IMG/VR virus record: IMGVR_UViG_3300045988_174665
Source: a virus
Direction: 5' to 3' (one strand)
DNA: 64,000 nt
Position 1 is the first letter of the stretch; every line of letters starts with the position of its first letter. Below the pieces are notes generated by a model. The model searched no databases. It was not told the origin of the DNA and was given only the letters and a program-made list of their open reading frames with translations. Shown here one piece after another: positions 21,100 through 31,657 of this stretch. The position numbers were made by a program, and so were the translations under genes.

Positions 21100-21660
21100 T
21101 TAACCAATACACTGGAATTTTATACCAAATTGTCCATCTGGCATTGTAGTACCTTTTACTACCTTGAGAATTGGAGAAGTTGTAGGTTTAGTATCACTAA
21201 CTACATGAGTACCATCTGTATGATAAGTAGCATAAAGTGGTGTAGTCTTTAACTTTTCTACGGTACAAGCTTCTTTAAGTTTATCATCATCTGTAAATTT
21301 TTCAGCATCATAACTAATTGTATTAACCGTATAAGTATCTCCTAAAGTAAGGTAACCCATACGAGGTAAAAAAGTGCCGGGTACTAGACAGAAATTTTTT
21401 AAACCGTCTTCTCTCTCGTCATACATATGTTCCGATGAATAGTTTAATGCAATTGGTAAAACAGTGGCAGCTGTAGGTAAGCCAATAGTACGAGTAGTTT
21501 TATCAACTGTATAAAGCATGCCATTTTCAGCCGGCTTAGCTTTTGTAAAAGAAGCTGAATCTAATTTACATTGAGCTTCAATTCTGCCATCTCTACGAAA
21601 AGTTACATTATTTAATTCAACTTGTCCATAGCCATCAATTGCTAGTCTTTGAATTGCCAT
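21100..21660 (-). CDS. head-module protein (decoration or accessory)
   Basis: 186-aa ORF between the scaffold-like and capsid genes. Confidence 0.3.
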   Translation of the reverse strand: MAIQRLAIDGYGQVELNNVTFRRDGRIEAQCKLDSASFTKAKPAENGMLYTVDKTTRTIGLPTAATVLPIALNYSSEHMYDEREDGLKNFCLVPGTFLPRMGYLTLGDTYTVNTISYDAEKFTDDDKLKEACTVEKLKTTPLYATYHTDGTHVVSDTKPTTSPILKVVKGTTMPDGQFGIKFQCIG

Positions 21661-21676
21661 TATTATTTCCTCCTAT

Positions 21677-23068
21677 TTACTTGTGTTCATAACGAGATAA
21701 GATTTCTTCAATTCCTGTAGTAGGCTCATATTTTGGGATTTTAAATCCCGGCTGTGTTTCAAGAGCAAAAACAGAAGGATTTTCTTTAACTGCGGCATAA
21801 GCCAGCTCTTTATCTAAGTCTTCTACAGTATACTTATCTTTGTTTTCTTTGAAATTAACTAAAACATCTTCTGAAATAGTTTTAGAATACTTTTGAAGTA
21901 AATTATCTTTTTCAGAATTTTCTATATTAGTTTTGTAAGTTACAAGCTCTTGGTTGTTTTGTTTTAATGTTTCAATTTCTCCTTGAGCCTGAGTAAGTTT
22001 TCCCTCAACAGCTTCTTTTTCTTCCGTTAAAGTACTTTTCTCTATTTCTAAAGTAGAAATAGTATCTTCTTTCTCTTTAATTTTGATTTCAAAATTAGAA
22101 ATTTTTTCTTTTGAATCTTTAGCCTCTTGTAAAGTATTACTAAAGTTTTCATCTACTTTTTCCAAAGTATTGTTATTTAAAGTGCGTAAAGTTTCAACAG
22201 CAGATTTTTCTGATTCGCTAAGATATTCTACATATACTAATGTAATATCTCCTAATTGAACTGCATCGTTATCTTTTGTATAACAAACTTTATAGGTTTT
22301 CTCATCCTCATACTTTTTTACAATAGCATAATCGTCATACACATCTAAAATACTATATTCTACGATATGGTCGTTTTCTTCATTGTACTTAGTATTTAAT
22401 GCATACCAAATTTGCTCATACTTTTGAGAATCTGATAAATTAAATTTAAATTTCATAAATTTCTTTCCTCCGTCATTCTGTTTTTTTGTTTCGAGTTGTT
22501 GAATAAATTTTGTCATTTTATCATATAAAGTAAAGAACGCCGCCCCTTCAAAACAAGGCTCTACATCCTCTCCTAATACTTGTAAACCTAAAAAACAAGC
22601 ATCTTGATAAACAAAATATCTACCGCCATCAATAATTGACCATTCCCCTTTTATAGAGGGAACATATAATTCCATAGATTGCGGTTTTCCAACAATCTCT
22701 GACGCTTCTTTATATAAACTTGTAAATAATAAAACATCCACACAAGCATAAGTCCGTTCTATTCCGTCTTCATCTAAAAAGTTTTCCCATTTTAGATTAG
22801 GATTTTCCGGAACTATACCATAAATTTTTCCAATATCATTCGCCGCACCGTGGTCAGTAAAATCTTCATCAGACTGACTATAAATACCCTTGATTGGTAC
22901 ATAACTAATGGTTGATAAAAGTTTGTCAGCAAATTCATCAGTAATATATCCACCATTACGATTAGCTTTTTTATAAAAAATTCTGCATCTAGCTTTAGAT
23001 AAAACTTCATTATATCTTTCCAGTTGACTATAGACAACCACTTGGAAATTATTAATATTTTGATTCAT
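21677..23068 (-). CDS. scaffolding-like protein (globular N-terminal domain, C-terminal coiled coil)
   Basis: The C-terminal half is E/K-rich heptad-like sequence (EKISNFEIKIKEKEDTISTLEIEKSTLTEEKEAVEGKL...). Lies directly after the portal gene. Confidence 0.45.
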   Translation of the reverse strand: MNQNINNFQVVVYSQLERYNEVLSKARCRIFYKKANRNGGYITDEFADKLLSTISYVPIKGIYSQSDEDFTDHGAANDIGKIYGIVPENPNLKWENFLDEDGIERTYACVDVLLFTSLYKEASEIVGKPQSMELYVPSIKGEWSIIDGGRYFVYQDACFLGLQVLGEDVEPCFEGAAFFTLYDKMTKFIQQLETKKQNDGGKKFMKFKFNLSDSQKYEQIWYALNTKYNEENDHIVEYSILDVYDDYAIVKKYEDEKTYKVCYTKDNDAVQLGDITLVYVEYLSESEKSAVETLRTLNNNTLEKVDENFSNTLQEAKDSKEKISNFEIKIKEKEDTISTLEIEKSTLTEEKEAVEGKLTQAQGEIETLKQNNQELVTYKTNIENSEKDNLLQKYSKTISEDVLVNFKENKDKYTVEDLDKELAYAAVKENPSVFALETQPGFKIPKYEPTTGIEEILSRYEHK

Positions 23069-24573
23069 TAGCTGCCTCCTTGATTATCTGAAGATTTTTC
23101 ATTATCAATGGTTCGTGGTGACTTCTCATCTTCTTCTTTTTTAGGAGCACCACCGACATCGCCACTTTGAGTGTATGCAGTAGATAGAGGGATTAATAAA
23201 TCAGATAGTTTTAAAACATCATTTTCTAAAGTTTTTATATTACACAAATCACTTTGAGAAAGTCCTGCCGCAATCGCTGGCAGAATAAAGCTATATCCAG
23301 AATTAGCTAAAGATAAAGAAGATTTTAAATAGTCTTGATAATTATAATTAGTAATTGGTAATATGTTATATTTAAATTCTATAATATTATTAGCAAAAAC
23401 AATATTAACAATATTAGTTAAATAATTAGAAAATTTATCAATTAAGGGACTCATAAAAGCTGTATCATTAGTAATCGAATTTTCTAAAGATAAATTACCG
23501 GTGGCCGCAAATAGTTGACTACTAGCACCAGCTTCATAATAAATATTATTAACCATTTTTTCTAAATTACTAATATTATTATCATTGGTAGTTTTTGAAG
23601 TAGCTATTTCTGCATCGGTATAAGTTGTTAAAATATCAACATTCTTATTCTTTCTGAGCATCTGTACTGCACCATTATGCATAACTTCTGCTTCTTCTGG
23701 TTCAAATAATAATGTTCCGTCATTTGTGTGAGGAACTTTTTGGATAAGAATTTTTTTAATTTCATCCTTATCTCTTTCCATATCAAGTTGTACAGCTTCG
23801 TCATAAAGAATCGTAGCCGGAATCAATGATAAAAATAAAGGTCTACCATCATACATAGAAAAACAAATAGTTTTTTCAACTGGAAGCATTACCCATTTAT
23901 TTGCTGTTTTTCCGTCACGAAATCTTTTATAAGCCCTTTGAACATTTTTCGGATAGGCGGCAAGAGCACTGGCTCTATCACCCTCATCATTAATTCTACT
24001 AAAATAAGTTACATCAAATTCTATTAAATCATTATTATTTGCATCTTTAAAATTAGAAGAACAATATCTTATTGGCAGGTCTAAAACTGAAAAATTTTTA
24101 TTATCTAAATTAACTACCAATCCATAATAAGCTCCATTAATTAAAGCTTTTAAGGCACAATTATTTAAAAAACTAGGAATACCAATTTTCTCGCAAAAAG
24201 ATAAAGCTTTATAATACCTATCCTGTAAACTGTCTTCTGTTAATTTTCTTTTTCTCTTTAATATCTTTGGAATTAATATTCCTTCATATTTAAAAATGGT
24301 TGCATAATAAATTAAAATTCTGCGATAAAAACCGTTTTTATAAAAATAATTTTGAGATAAAGCTCTCTGTTCAGTTAGAGAGCCTGACTCAATAATCTTC
24401 TTTATTTCATCTAAACTATAATCTTTACAAGGCTGCCTTAAATTTCGATTACTCCATATTCCATTGGAATAACTGTTATCATTCGTGGCAATCATATCTG
24501 TAAAAGCTTTTTTAAAAGTTTCTAATGTAAAATGTTTTATTTGTTCAGGTTTATTTACTTGACTTTCATCCAT
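23068..24573 (-). CDS. portal protein
   Basis: 501-aa ORF immediately downstream of the large terminase, with an acidic C-terminal tail. Assigned from synteny and size. Confidence 0.65.
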   Translation of the reverse strand: MDESQVNKPEQIKHFTLETFKKAFTDMIATNDNSYSNGIWSNRNLRQPCKDYSLDEIKKIIESGSLTEQRALSQNYFYKNGFYRRILIYYATIFKYEGILIPKILKRKRKLTEDSLQDRYYKALSFCEKIGIPSFLNNCALKALINGAYYGLVVNLDNKNFSVLDLPIRYCSSNFKDANNNDLIEFDVTYFSRINDEGDRASALAAYPKNVQRAYKRFRDGKTANKWVMLPVEKTICFSMYDGRPLFLSLIPATILYDEAVQLDMERDKDEIKKILIQKVPHTNDGTLLFEPEEAEVMHNGAVQMLRKNKNVDILTTYTDAEIATSKTTNDNNISNLEKMVNNIYYEAGASSQLFAATGNLSLENSITNDTAFMSPLIDKFSNYLTNIVNIVFANNIIEFKYNILPITNYNYQDYLKSSLSLANSGYSFILPAIAAGLSQSDLCNIKTLENDVLKLSDLLIPLSTAYTQSGDVGGAPKKEEDEKSPRTIDNEKSSDNQGGS

Positions 24574-24576
24574 AAA

Positions 24577-26409
24577 TTAACCTCCCGAAAAGAAAATAAG
24601 TTTACGAGTACCAGAACCGTTTCCAAATCTTCTTCTACGCTTATAACTTTCTTCTTCAAGTTCCTTAATTCTCCATAAGCCATAAGCAAATGAATAATAC
24701 TTATCATCTGGAAAACGAGTATTAATTGATTCTAAAACAATGTCCATTCCTGTTCTTTTTAAGCGTAAATTAGCCATTTCCTCAAAAAGTTTTGTTGTCA
24801 TTTCGTGAGGTAAAAGTCTTTTTATACGCTGCTCAGGTTTCATTTTTTGACCAATCTTTGTTTCAAGTAAGGCATTTTTTGCTGATTGTTCAGTAATCAA
24901 AAAACGAACCGTGCCGCCGTTTAAACGAGAATAGGCATTACCATTAATTTGAGATTTTAAACTACCGCTAGCCTTAATTCCATACAAAATTTGTGGAGCT
25001 TCTTTTGGTTGAACTTTCTTATAAGTATCATCATTATGAAAACCATATGCAGGATAAGATTCTCCGAACTCATCTATTTGTGTTCTAATCATCTCATCTG
25101 CAAAGCCAACACCTAAGCCATTTGTATCAATAACTACTTCTTTTGGCTTAAAATCTCTAATAATTCTTTTTAATTCAATTGCTTGTTGATAGAAAGTTTT
25201 TGCCTTTATGTTTTTACCCAATACAAAAATATTAACCAAAGAACAGTAATATTTTCCACCTTGAATTTTAACTTTAAAGACACTACAAACTGTTTGGTCG
25301 TGAATTCTACCTACGTCTACTGATAATAAGTAAAATTGTGAAGTTCCTCGTCTAACAGAAAAGTGCGTTTCTGGATTTTTTAATTTTCGATATTTTTGTA
25401 ATTTATCAAAATTAAACCAAGAATCTTCTCCTCCGCCAGTCCAGACCGACATATACTCACGAGCAAAAGTCTCTTCATTATAAGAAGGTGACATTTGCAA
25501 TTCTTTAATAAAAGAACGGTCTAGTAAACCGTGCATTACAGGAACTCGATAATCACAACCCCAAACAAAGGCTTCTTTAGGATTAATAATTTGCATTTCT
25601 AGTAAATCAATAAGCTTCATATAGGCATATGAAGACTTAACGCCCGCCGAAGTCATATAAAGTTGTTGTTGGTTGGGTTCATTTGGATTAACTTTTCCCA
25701 GTGCAGTTCTTCTTGAAACATTCATTAAAGGAAGGACTACTGAATTTAAAATTTCGCCATCGTGGTCACGGACCTCGTCAATGAGTCCTCCCTGACGTCT
25801 TCCTCCACGTTCCGAGTCTAAAGCACCAACTACATCAAAGATAGACTTATTACGAAAAAGTAAACTAATATAATCTTTTCCAAAAGAACCCTCCCCAATA
25901 ATTTCTTTTTTAAGAAGAGGATATTTATCCCAGATTTCAAAAATTTTATCTTTAGCTATTTTCGCAGATTGATTTTTACCAGGGGCGCAAATGAATCTTT
26001 TTGTTCCGGGCAAAAAAATACATTGCAAATAAATTGCTAAAATAGAAAGAAAAGTTTTAGAAAAAGCACGACAAGCTGTAACATAATGATATCTATATCT
26101 AAAGCACGCCCGCAAGAAAATTCTTTGGTAAAAGAATAAATGGAAATTTGAATCCGATGGGGCAATGATATCAAGAAAAATATCTGGATAGGCAATAAAT
26201 AAATCCATATAACGCTCAAAAAGCTCAATATGTTCTAAAAGATAACTTTCAGTTAAAATAAAACCTTTGTCAATTTCAATTCCATCTTTCTTTTCTTTTA
26301 TGACCGTTTCTTCTAATTTATCTAATGTTGATTGGGAGAAAAGACTAAATTCTTCCACCGTCTTCCACCTCCGCAACAAAGCCATCATCGTCATCAAAGA
26401 CTTCATCAA
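24577..26409 (-). CDS. terL: terminase large subunit
   Basis: About 600 aa with a deviant Walker A (ACRAFSKT) and a downstream acidic nuclease-like region. Precedes the portal gene. The true start is probably inside the overlap with the upstream ORF. Confidence 0.75.
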   Translation of the reverse strand: MMKSLMTMMALLRRWKTVEEFSLFSQSTLDKLEETVIKEKKDGIEIDKGFILTESYLLEHIELFERYMDLFIAYPDIFLDIIAPSDSNFHLFFYQRIFLRACFRYRYHYVTACRAFSKTFLSILAIYLQCIFLPGTKRFICAPGKNQSAKIAKDKIFEIWDKYPLLKKEIIGEGSFGKDYISLLFRNKSIFDVVGALDSERGGRRQGGLIDEVRDHDGEILNSVVLPLMNVSRRTALGKVNPNEPNQQQLYMTSAGVKSSYAYMKLIDLLEMQIINPKEAFVWGCDYRVPVMHGLLDRSFIKELQMSPSYNEETFAREYMSVWTGGGEDSWFNFDKLQKYRKLKNPETHFSVRRGTSQFYLLSVDVGRIHDQTVCSVFKVKIQGGKYYCSLVNIFVLGKNIKAKTFYQQAIELKRIIRDFKPKEVVIDTNGLGVGFADEMIRTQIDEFGESYPAYGFHNDDTYKKVQPKEAPQILYGIKASGSLKSQINGNAYSRLNGGTVRFLITEQSAKNALLETKIGQKMKPEQRIKRLLPHEMTTKLFEEMANLRLKRTGMDIVLESINTRFPDDKYYSFAYGLWRIKELEEESYKRRRRFGNGSGTRKLIFFSGG

Positions 26410-27337
26410 AGCCGGCCTTTTCGTACATATCTAAATCATATTCTTTGTTAGTGTTATAATAATCTTCTGATTGTTTAGCTTCTTTTAATTGCTTAACTCT
26501 CCGTTCAATATCTTCTGAAATTCCACTTTCATTAGTATAAAGTCTTCGATTAAAAGTTTCAATATTTTGCATAGTTTCATCAACTATATCTTTACTAACA
26601 TCATCATAAAATTTAGGTTGCCATCCTTTCTTTTCCAACCAGCGGCAAAGTTCTCCAACCGATTCAAAGTCACTAGCACTTTTTACATTCTTAGGAGTAA
26701 AATCAGCCAGTTTAACCAATTTATCATATGAAGCTAATAATTTATCGAAATCTGTTCCAGACCTTATTCGGCTATCAATTAAAAGAGAAATCTTACAAAT
26801 TTTCTTAGCTTGGTCCATTGAAATTTTTCCATTAACATTTTGAGTATTTAGAATACCTTGTAATAAGTCTTCCAAATATTCGAGTTCTTCTTCACAATAG
26901 TCTGGACCCCACTTAGCCTGAAGTTCTTTTAAGTGTTTTTCCCTAATTTCGGGTAATTCGCTTTCGATGACCTTGGCGTCCTGTAACTCTTTGAATTTTC
27001 GGAAATAATCTCCCCATCCTAAACTTTCGTATTCTTGAGCCTTAAAGACATTACAATAAACAGGAAAAACATCATCCCCGTTATCTTTATGAAGTCTCTC
27101 AAACTCTTGAGGAACAAAAGGTATATCTAAATATTGACAAAGTTTATCGACATAAGTCCAATTAAAATCGTTTTCTCTTAATAAATTTTTAAGACAACTT
27201 GTACAAAAAGGAATAACCCCGTCTGGATAAAAAAGTGACCGTGTCGGCAGAAATTCCTCTATTGATAAGGTACTGCCGCAATGCTCACATTTTTTAAACA
27301 AAACTTTTTTAACTTTAACTTTAGGCTGAAGGCTCAT
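26345..27337 (-). CDS. Zn-ribbon protein in the small-terminase position
   Basis: CEHCGS...CTSC motif at the N-terminus and an acidic C-terminus. Lies directly upstream of terL. Function inferred from position only. Confidence 0.3.
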   Translation of the reverse strand: MSLQPKVKVKKVLFKKCEHCGSTLSIEEFLPTRSLFYPDGVIPFCTSCLKNLLRENDFNWTYVDKLCQYLDIPFVPQEFERLHKDNGDDVFPVYCNVFKAQEYESLGWGDYFRKFKELQDAKVIESELPEIREKHLKELQAKWGPDYCEEELEYLEDLLQGILNTQNVNGKISMDQAKKICKISLLIDSRIRSGTDFDKLLASYDKLVKLADFTPKNVKSASDFESVGELCRWLEKKGWQPKFYDDVSKDIVDETMQNIETFNRRLYTNESGISEDIERRVKQLKEAKQSEDYYNTNKEYDLDMYEKAGFDEVFDDDDGFVAEVEDGGRI

Positions 27338-27698
27338 TTTCTTTGCCCCCTTTTTTAACCCCTTTTTCCGTTATCTTTTTGTTAATTAAATTGGTTTTTT
27401 TTCTTTTTGAAGAGTCAACCGCTTGTTTTAGAACTTTAATTGTATCTCTTCTTTTCTTTTTACTCGAAAGGCAAAATTGTTCTGTGGTGTCTGCTAAAAT
27501 TTCATAAAAGTCTTTGGGAATTGATTTACCTTCTTTGTCCTTTTCTTTCTTAACCATTTCAACTTTAAAGAATCTAACCAACCCCAGAAATTCAATTTCT
27601 GAAAGTTTAGAAACTAAAAGAAGAAAATTAGTAATTTCTTTTTCGGGAATCTTAATTTGCTTTTGTTGAGAATTTGAGTTTTTTTCGATTACGCTCAT
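27321..27698 (-). CDS. hypothetical basic protein
   Basis: ORF 27321..27734. Start uncertain: MSVIEKN at 27698 still overlaps the upstream gene. Confidence 0.3.
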   Translation of the reverse strand: MSVIEKNSNSQQKQIKIPEKEITNFLLLVSKLSEIEFLGLVRFFKVEMVKKEKDKEGKSIPKDFYEILADTTEQFCLSSKKKRRDTIKVLKQAVDSSKRKKTNLINKKITEKGVKKGGKENEPSA

Positions 27699-28995
27699 CT
27701 CTATCACACTCCTTACATCTATTAGAAAATCCATCTTTAGAACGACTTTTTCTACAATAATTTTTGGTGGAAATTAAAAAGGTGCGGCCGCATACTCTGC
27801 AATTTTTAAAGTTCTCTGGAAAAAATAAATTCTTAATAAGCTCTTCGTGGTAAGCGGCGGCGGCGTTAATTTCCCCTATAATTTTTTGTTTGAAAAGTGT
27901 TGAAATATAATTTGCAGTATAAGTTTTTTGAAATTTTTGATTAATAAAATCCGCTATTTTTTGGTTTGGAACTTTCTTTAATTTTAAGTCTAAAATTTGT
28001 TGTAGGTAATCTGGTAAATTGGCTTCCTTTATGTAAAATTTTAAAGTTTTAAAAAGAAAAGGAGAGGTTTCTTCTATATCTTCTAAAATAATTGAATCAT
28101 AAACTTCGTAAAAGTGAGTAAAAAATCCGTAAAGGTGGTCTGGATTTTTAAAGTCAAAAAAGTTTTGGTTTTTTCTTTGGTCTTGAAGTTTCCAATAAAG
28201 AGAAGAAATTAATTCGAGTTCTTCCTCTGAATAAAGCGACGGCCGCAATTCAGAAAAGGGTTTAAAAATCAATTGAGAGAAAGAAGAATTATCTTGAAAT
28301 CCTAAAGGGAAAACGGGAATTTCAACTCCAAATTTGGGAATCTCTTCTGGGGTTATAACCAAATTAAAACTCTCAACCAAAACTGGCGTTGAATAGTTAT
28401 CTCTAAGTGTGTATTGCTCCGTTCTAAGTTCAACAAGACGATGGCGAAGTTTTAGGTAAGAAAATTGGTTGAGAGAAGTGGCTTTTTCTTTAAGAGAAAG
28501 CTGTTTTTCCTCATCAATGCGGGAAAGAAGTTCTGGTCGAGGTGGTAACTTTCTTTTCCCCGTTTTTAAATCGTAAAAGTTAAGGAGAAGTTCAAGCTCA
28601 TCAATTTGTTTAAAAAGGGAAGTGAAAGCTTTTTGAAGTTCAGGAGAGGCTTCTTTTAAGGCTTCTTCTCGAGAAAATTTTTCCTTCTTAACTTTAAGAG
28701 GGGTAGAGTTAATGTGGCGAACTTGGTTTTCGTTAAAGGTCGGGGATTCAATTAAGGCATTAAGGCTTTCTTCTGGTCGCCGAGTCCAAGTTTTATTCTT
28801 TGTTTCAATTTGAATTTCTTTTTTTTGATTACAATTTAAACCATCTTTATCTTTTCCCCACAAGAGGTAGTTAGAAATCGTTTCTAATTCTGTAGGGGTT
28901 AGGTTTTGTAACTTTGGGTTAGTGAGATATTTTTGTAAAAATTTTGACCTTTCTTCTCCAGATTCGAGAGAGAAGTCAAGGTTTAGTCTGTTCAT
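27652..28995 (-). CDS. first gene of the late operon; C-terminal Zn-ribbon protein, possibly DNA-binding
   Basis: 447-aa ORF with a C-terminal CRVCG...CKEC motif. GGAGG RBS and a consensus promoter lie upstream. Confidence 0.4.
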   Translation of the reverse strand: MNRLNLDFSLESGEERSKFLQKYLTNPKLQNLTPTELETISNYLLWGKDKDGLNCNQKKEIQIETKNKTWTRRPEESLNALIESPTFNENQVRHINSTPLKVKKEKFSREEALKEASPELQKAFTSLFKQIDELELLLNFYDLKTGKRKLPPRPELLSRIDEEKQLSLKEKATSLNQFSYLKLRHRLVELRTEQYTLRDNYSTPVLVESFNLVITPEEIPKFGVEIPVFPLGFQDNSSFSQLIFKPFSELRPSLYSEEELELISSLYWKLQDQRKNQNFFDFKNPDHLYGFFTHFYEVYDSIILEDIEETSPFLFKTLKFYIKEANLPDYLQQILDLKLKKVPNQKIADFINQKFQKTYTANYISTLFKQKIIGEINAAAAYHEELIKNLFFPENFKNCRVCGRTFLISTKNYCRKSRSKDGFSNRCKECDRDERNRKKLKFSTKAN

Positions 28996-29045
28996 TTTAT
29001 TCCTCCATTTTAGATTAAAGTTATCCTTTAAGTTAATTATACACT

Positions 29046-29074
29046 AAAAAAGTTCCAAAGTCAAATTTTAGAAA
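29046..29074 (-). promoter_or_regulatory. sigma-70/SigA-type promoter of the structural operon
   Basis: Minus strand: TTGACT (29074-29069), 17 bp, TATAAT (29051-29046). Confidence 0.6.
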
Positions 29075-29278
29075 TTGTGGATTTTAGATAAAATGTATAA
29101 TTTTAAAGGTAGAATTTTAGAAAAAATTGCTAAAGAAATGAAAATTGAGTTCAGTGGGATTTTTTGCCAGGCCATTTCTGAACCGTCCAAAAAAAGTAGG
29201 TTATTTCATAAAACATACCCGCCCTTTATAAATTTTATAAATATATAAGTAAAAAAATAAAGAGGCTATATAGCCTCT

Positions 29279-29533
29279 TTACTTTATATTTATTATTGTA
29301 TATTTTTCTGGACTATTTGTAAAGCCTTTATAAAAAGTAACTGTTAATTCATCACCATTTACAAAATTATTAGTATCATTATAAAAACTATAAACATCGC
29401 TATTTGTACTAATATAAATTATATTTTTATCTACATTAACAACTGTTGCGGTTTTAGTTTCTGTAGTTGTTGCAAAAAGTGCAACAACTACAACAAATAT
29501 TAAACTTAAAATAATTATAATTTTTCTTTTCAT
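29279..29533 (-). CDS. small secreted or membrane-anchored protein
   Basis: N-terminal signal/anchor sequence MKRKIIIILSLIFVVVVALFA. Confidence 0.45.
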   Translation of the reverse strand: MKRKIIIILSLIFVVVVALFATTTETKTATVVNVDKNIIYISTNSDVYSFYNDTNNFVNGDELTVTFYKGFTNSPEKYTIINIK

Positions 29534-29547
29534 TTTTTAAACTCCTT

Positions 29548-30231
29548 TTACTTTTCGCAAGTCAAGTTGTACTCTTGTACAAATTCTTCAAGCGTTGGAA
29601 AAGTTTTGAACAATTCCATAATTTTATTAACGCTTTTAAAACTGTTAATGTTTTGTATGCTTTTCTTTAAAGTTTTTGCATTTGTTTTTTTTGTTCTTAA
29701 TAAATTGTTTTCTTTTAAAAACATTAGAAATAAACCCGTAGGAATAACTACACTTGCCCTCATTACTGGAAGGTTCGGACTATATATGGGACAATAAATT
29801 ATGAAGTTAGTCTTTATCATTTTAAAGTCTTGTAAATCTATACTGTAATAACCCAAATCGGCGGAATTTTGTTTACAGTCTAAATTAATTTTAGTTTTTT
29901 TACCTTCCATATTTTTATAATATTTAATAATATCATCTTGGTTTTTTGGTGAAACTCTGACTTTATTTTTTAAATAACGACTAACCGCCAACTCAAACTC
30001 TTCACCCCTTTTTCCGTTCTGATTACCGCCCACGCTCACGCAGTCAACAGAGCCAAAATCAAAAAAAATGTTGCCCGTAAGCTTGCACATTTTAAGAGCA
30101 AGTAAAGCCCTTGACCTTTGTGTGCTTATGGTTTTAGTATCGTTTATAACCTCTTGCAAATCTTCAAGAGTATATAAACCGTTTAAATTATAATCGTGCT
30201 TATTATTTGTTGTGATTTCAAAATTCGTCAT
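29548..30231 (-). CDS. hypothetical protein
   Basis: 227-aa ORF with its own consensus promoter. No confident motif. Confidence 0.4.
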   Translation of the reverse strand: MTNFEITTNNKHDYNLNGLYTLEDLQEVINDTKTISTQRSRALLALKMCKLTGNIFFDFGSVDCVSVGGNQNGKRGEEFELAVSRYLKNKVRVSPKNQDDIIKYYKNMEGKKTKINLDCKQNSADLGYYSIDLQDFKMIKTNFIIYCPIYSPNLPVMRASVVIPTGLFLMFLKENNLLRTKKTNAKTLKKSIQNINSFKSVNKIMELFKTFPTLEEFVQEYNLTCEK

Positions 30232-30287
30232 TGTTAGTTACCTCTTTTTTAAATTGTCAAAGGATTTCTTGTTCCCTTGCAAGTCCT

Positions 30288-30316
30288 ATTATATAGCCGT
30301 TTCAAGTAATTGTCAA
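30288..30316 (-). promoter_or_regulatory. consensus promoter for the 29548..30231 gene
   Basis: Minus strand: TTGACA (30316-30311), 17 bp, TATAAT (30293-30288). Confidence 0.55.
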
Positions 30317-30352
30317 TACTTATTTAGAATATTTTTTCAAAAACTTGCAACC

Positions 30353-30446
30353 TTGTACAATATATACAATACAAAAAAATTGTACTATTTAAAAACTGTA
30401 CAATTTATCTAAAAAAATCAATCTTCTAACAATCTTTTTGTACAAT
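30353..30446. promoter_or_regulatory. cluster of TTGTACAAT palindrome-core boxes (candidate operators)
   Basis: TGTACA at 30354, 30397 and 30439, plus the variant TGTACT at 30381. All lie in the divergent intergenic region. Confidence 0.4.
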
Positions 30447-30865
30447 ATCACTAATCGTACTTTAGACGCAAAGTGCATATTGCACAAAAGCCTATTTTAT
30501 AGTATAATAGAGTGGTAAAAGGTTAGATAAAATTAAAATAAACATATTTATAATTTTATAATCTATTCTAATAATGCAATGAATAATTATATAAAATATT
30601 AGAATATATAGAAAGAAAATAATAGATAATAAATTATATAAATATATCAATAAAATATAAATATATACCATCTTTTTATCAGTAGTTCAGGTGGCAAGGT
30701 GTGTATAAAAATAATGGCGAGGGAGGTAAAAATTACCTCTTTTTGTTTTTGTTTTCTTATTTTTATTTTTTAAAAAGTTCAAAAAAGCTGCGTTTCGGTT
30801 TTGAATGAGCTGCGTCGCCGCTGCAAAAAATTTTTTAAATTTTTAAAATTTTTTTTAAAAAACTA

Positions 30866-30894
30866 TTGACTTTTTAAAAAAGTTATGTTATAAT
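30866..30894 (+). promoter_or_regulatory. consensus promoter of the first plus-strand early unit
   Basis: TTGACT (30866-71), 17 bp, TATAAT (30889-94), then the conserved leader ...aaataaagaaagga. Confidence 0.6.
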
Positions 30895-30926
30895 ATAGTT
30901 ACAAAATAAAGAAAGGAATTTTAAAA

Positions 30927-31136
30927 ATGAAAGCTACAAAAAAAATTACAATGACAAAAAAAGAAAAGAACGCTATTATTAACGGCTTAAATCTACTTAT
31001 TGAATACGGCTATGCCTATGAAGAGATTTTCGGGTGTAATTTGACTGATGATTATGCGGTATGTTTACCAGATGAAATGTTAGAGGCTTTTAAAGCCTCT
31101 TTAGATAGTTCTTATATTAATATTATTAAAGACTAA
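30927..31136 (+). CDS. small acidic early protein
   Basis: 69-aa ORF with an AAAGGA RBS. Confidence 0.5.
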   Translation: MKATKKITMTKKEKNAIINGLNLLIEYGYAYEEIFGCNLTDDYAVCLPDEMLEAFKASLDSSYINIIKD

Positions 31137-31177
31137 AATAAAATATTCATAAGATAAAGAAAAGAGGTGAAAAACAA

Positions 31178-31387
31178 ATGGCTACAATTGTTATTTCAGT
31201 TTTTGCAACTTGGTTTATAATTAGTATTTTAATTGCAATAGGTGATACTTTTTTAAAACAAGATGTATTGTGGGACGATTGGTTTATTATAATTGTATGT
31301 TTCCCATATATTATCATATCCATACCGTTTGAATTGATTGTGAAAACAATAAAAAAATTAAAAAAGAAAAGAGGTAAAAAACAATGA
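31178..31387 (+). CDS. small two-TM membrane protein (paralog family 1)
   Basis: Two hydrophobic segments and a basic tail. Paralog of 31810..32058 (shared W.DW..I..FPY motif). Confidence 0.55.
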   Translation: MATIVISVFATWFIISILIAIGDTFLKQDVLWDDWFIIIVCFPYIIISIPFELIVKTIKKLKKKRGKKQ

Positions 31388-31605
31388 AAATAGCTACCGT
31401 TACGGCTCTTCACGGGCGAGACTCGGACGAATATTCAAAAATTGAAAATGCTATTAATACTCTAACAGATTTTCAGGAGTTTTTAAAAAATAATAGCGTT
31501 GATATGAGCAAAATTGATGAAAATACACTTTGTGTTTTCCGTAGGCAATTACAAAGATTATTCTCTCCAAAAGGTTTGGTTATTGATTGGGTAGATAATG
31601 ATTGA
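31384..31605 (+). CDS. small early protein
   Basis: 73-aa ORF whose ATG overlaps the upstream stop. A terminator follows. Confidence 0.5.
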   Translation: MKIATVTALHGRDSDEYSKIENAINTLTDFQEFLKNNSVDMSKIDENTLCVFRRQLQRLFSPKGLVIDWVDND

Positions 31606-31657
31606 TATAATAAGAAAATAAACGGTTTATATAACCGTTTATTTTTTAACTAAAATT

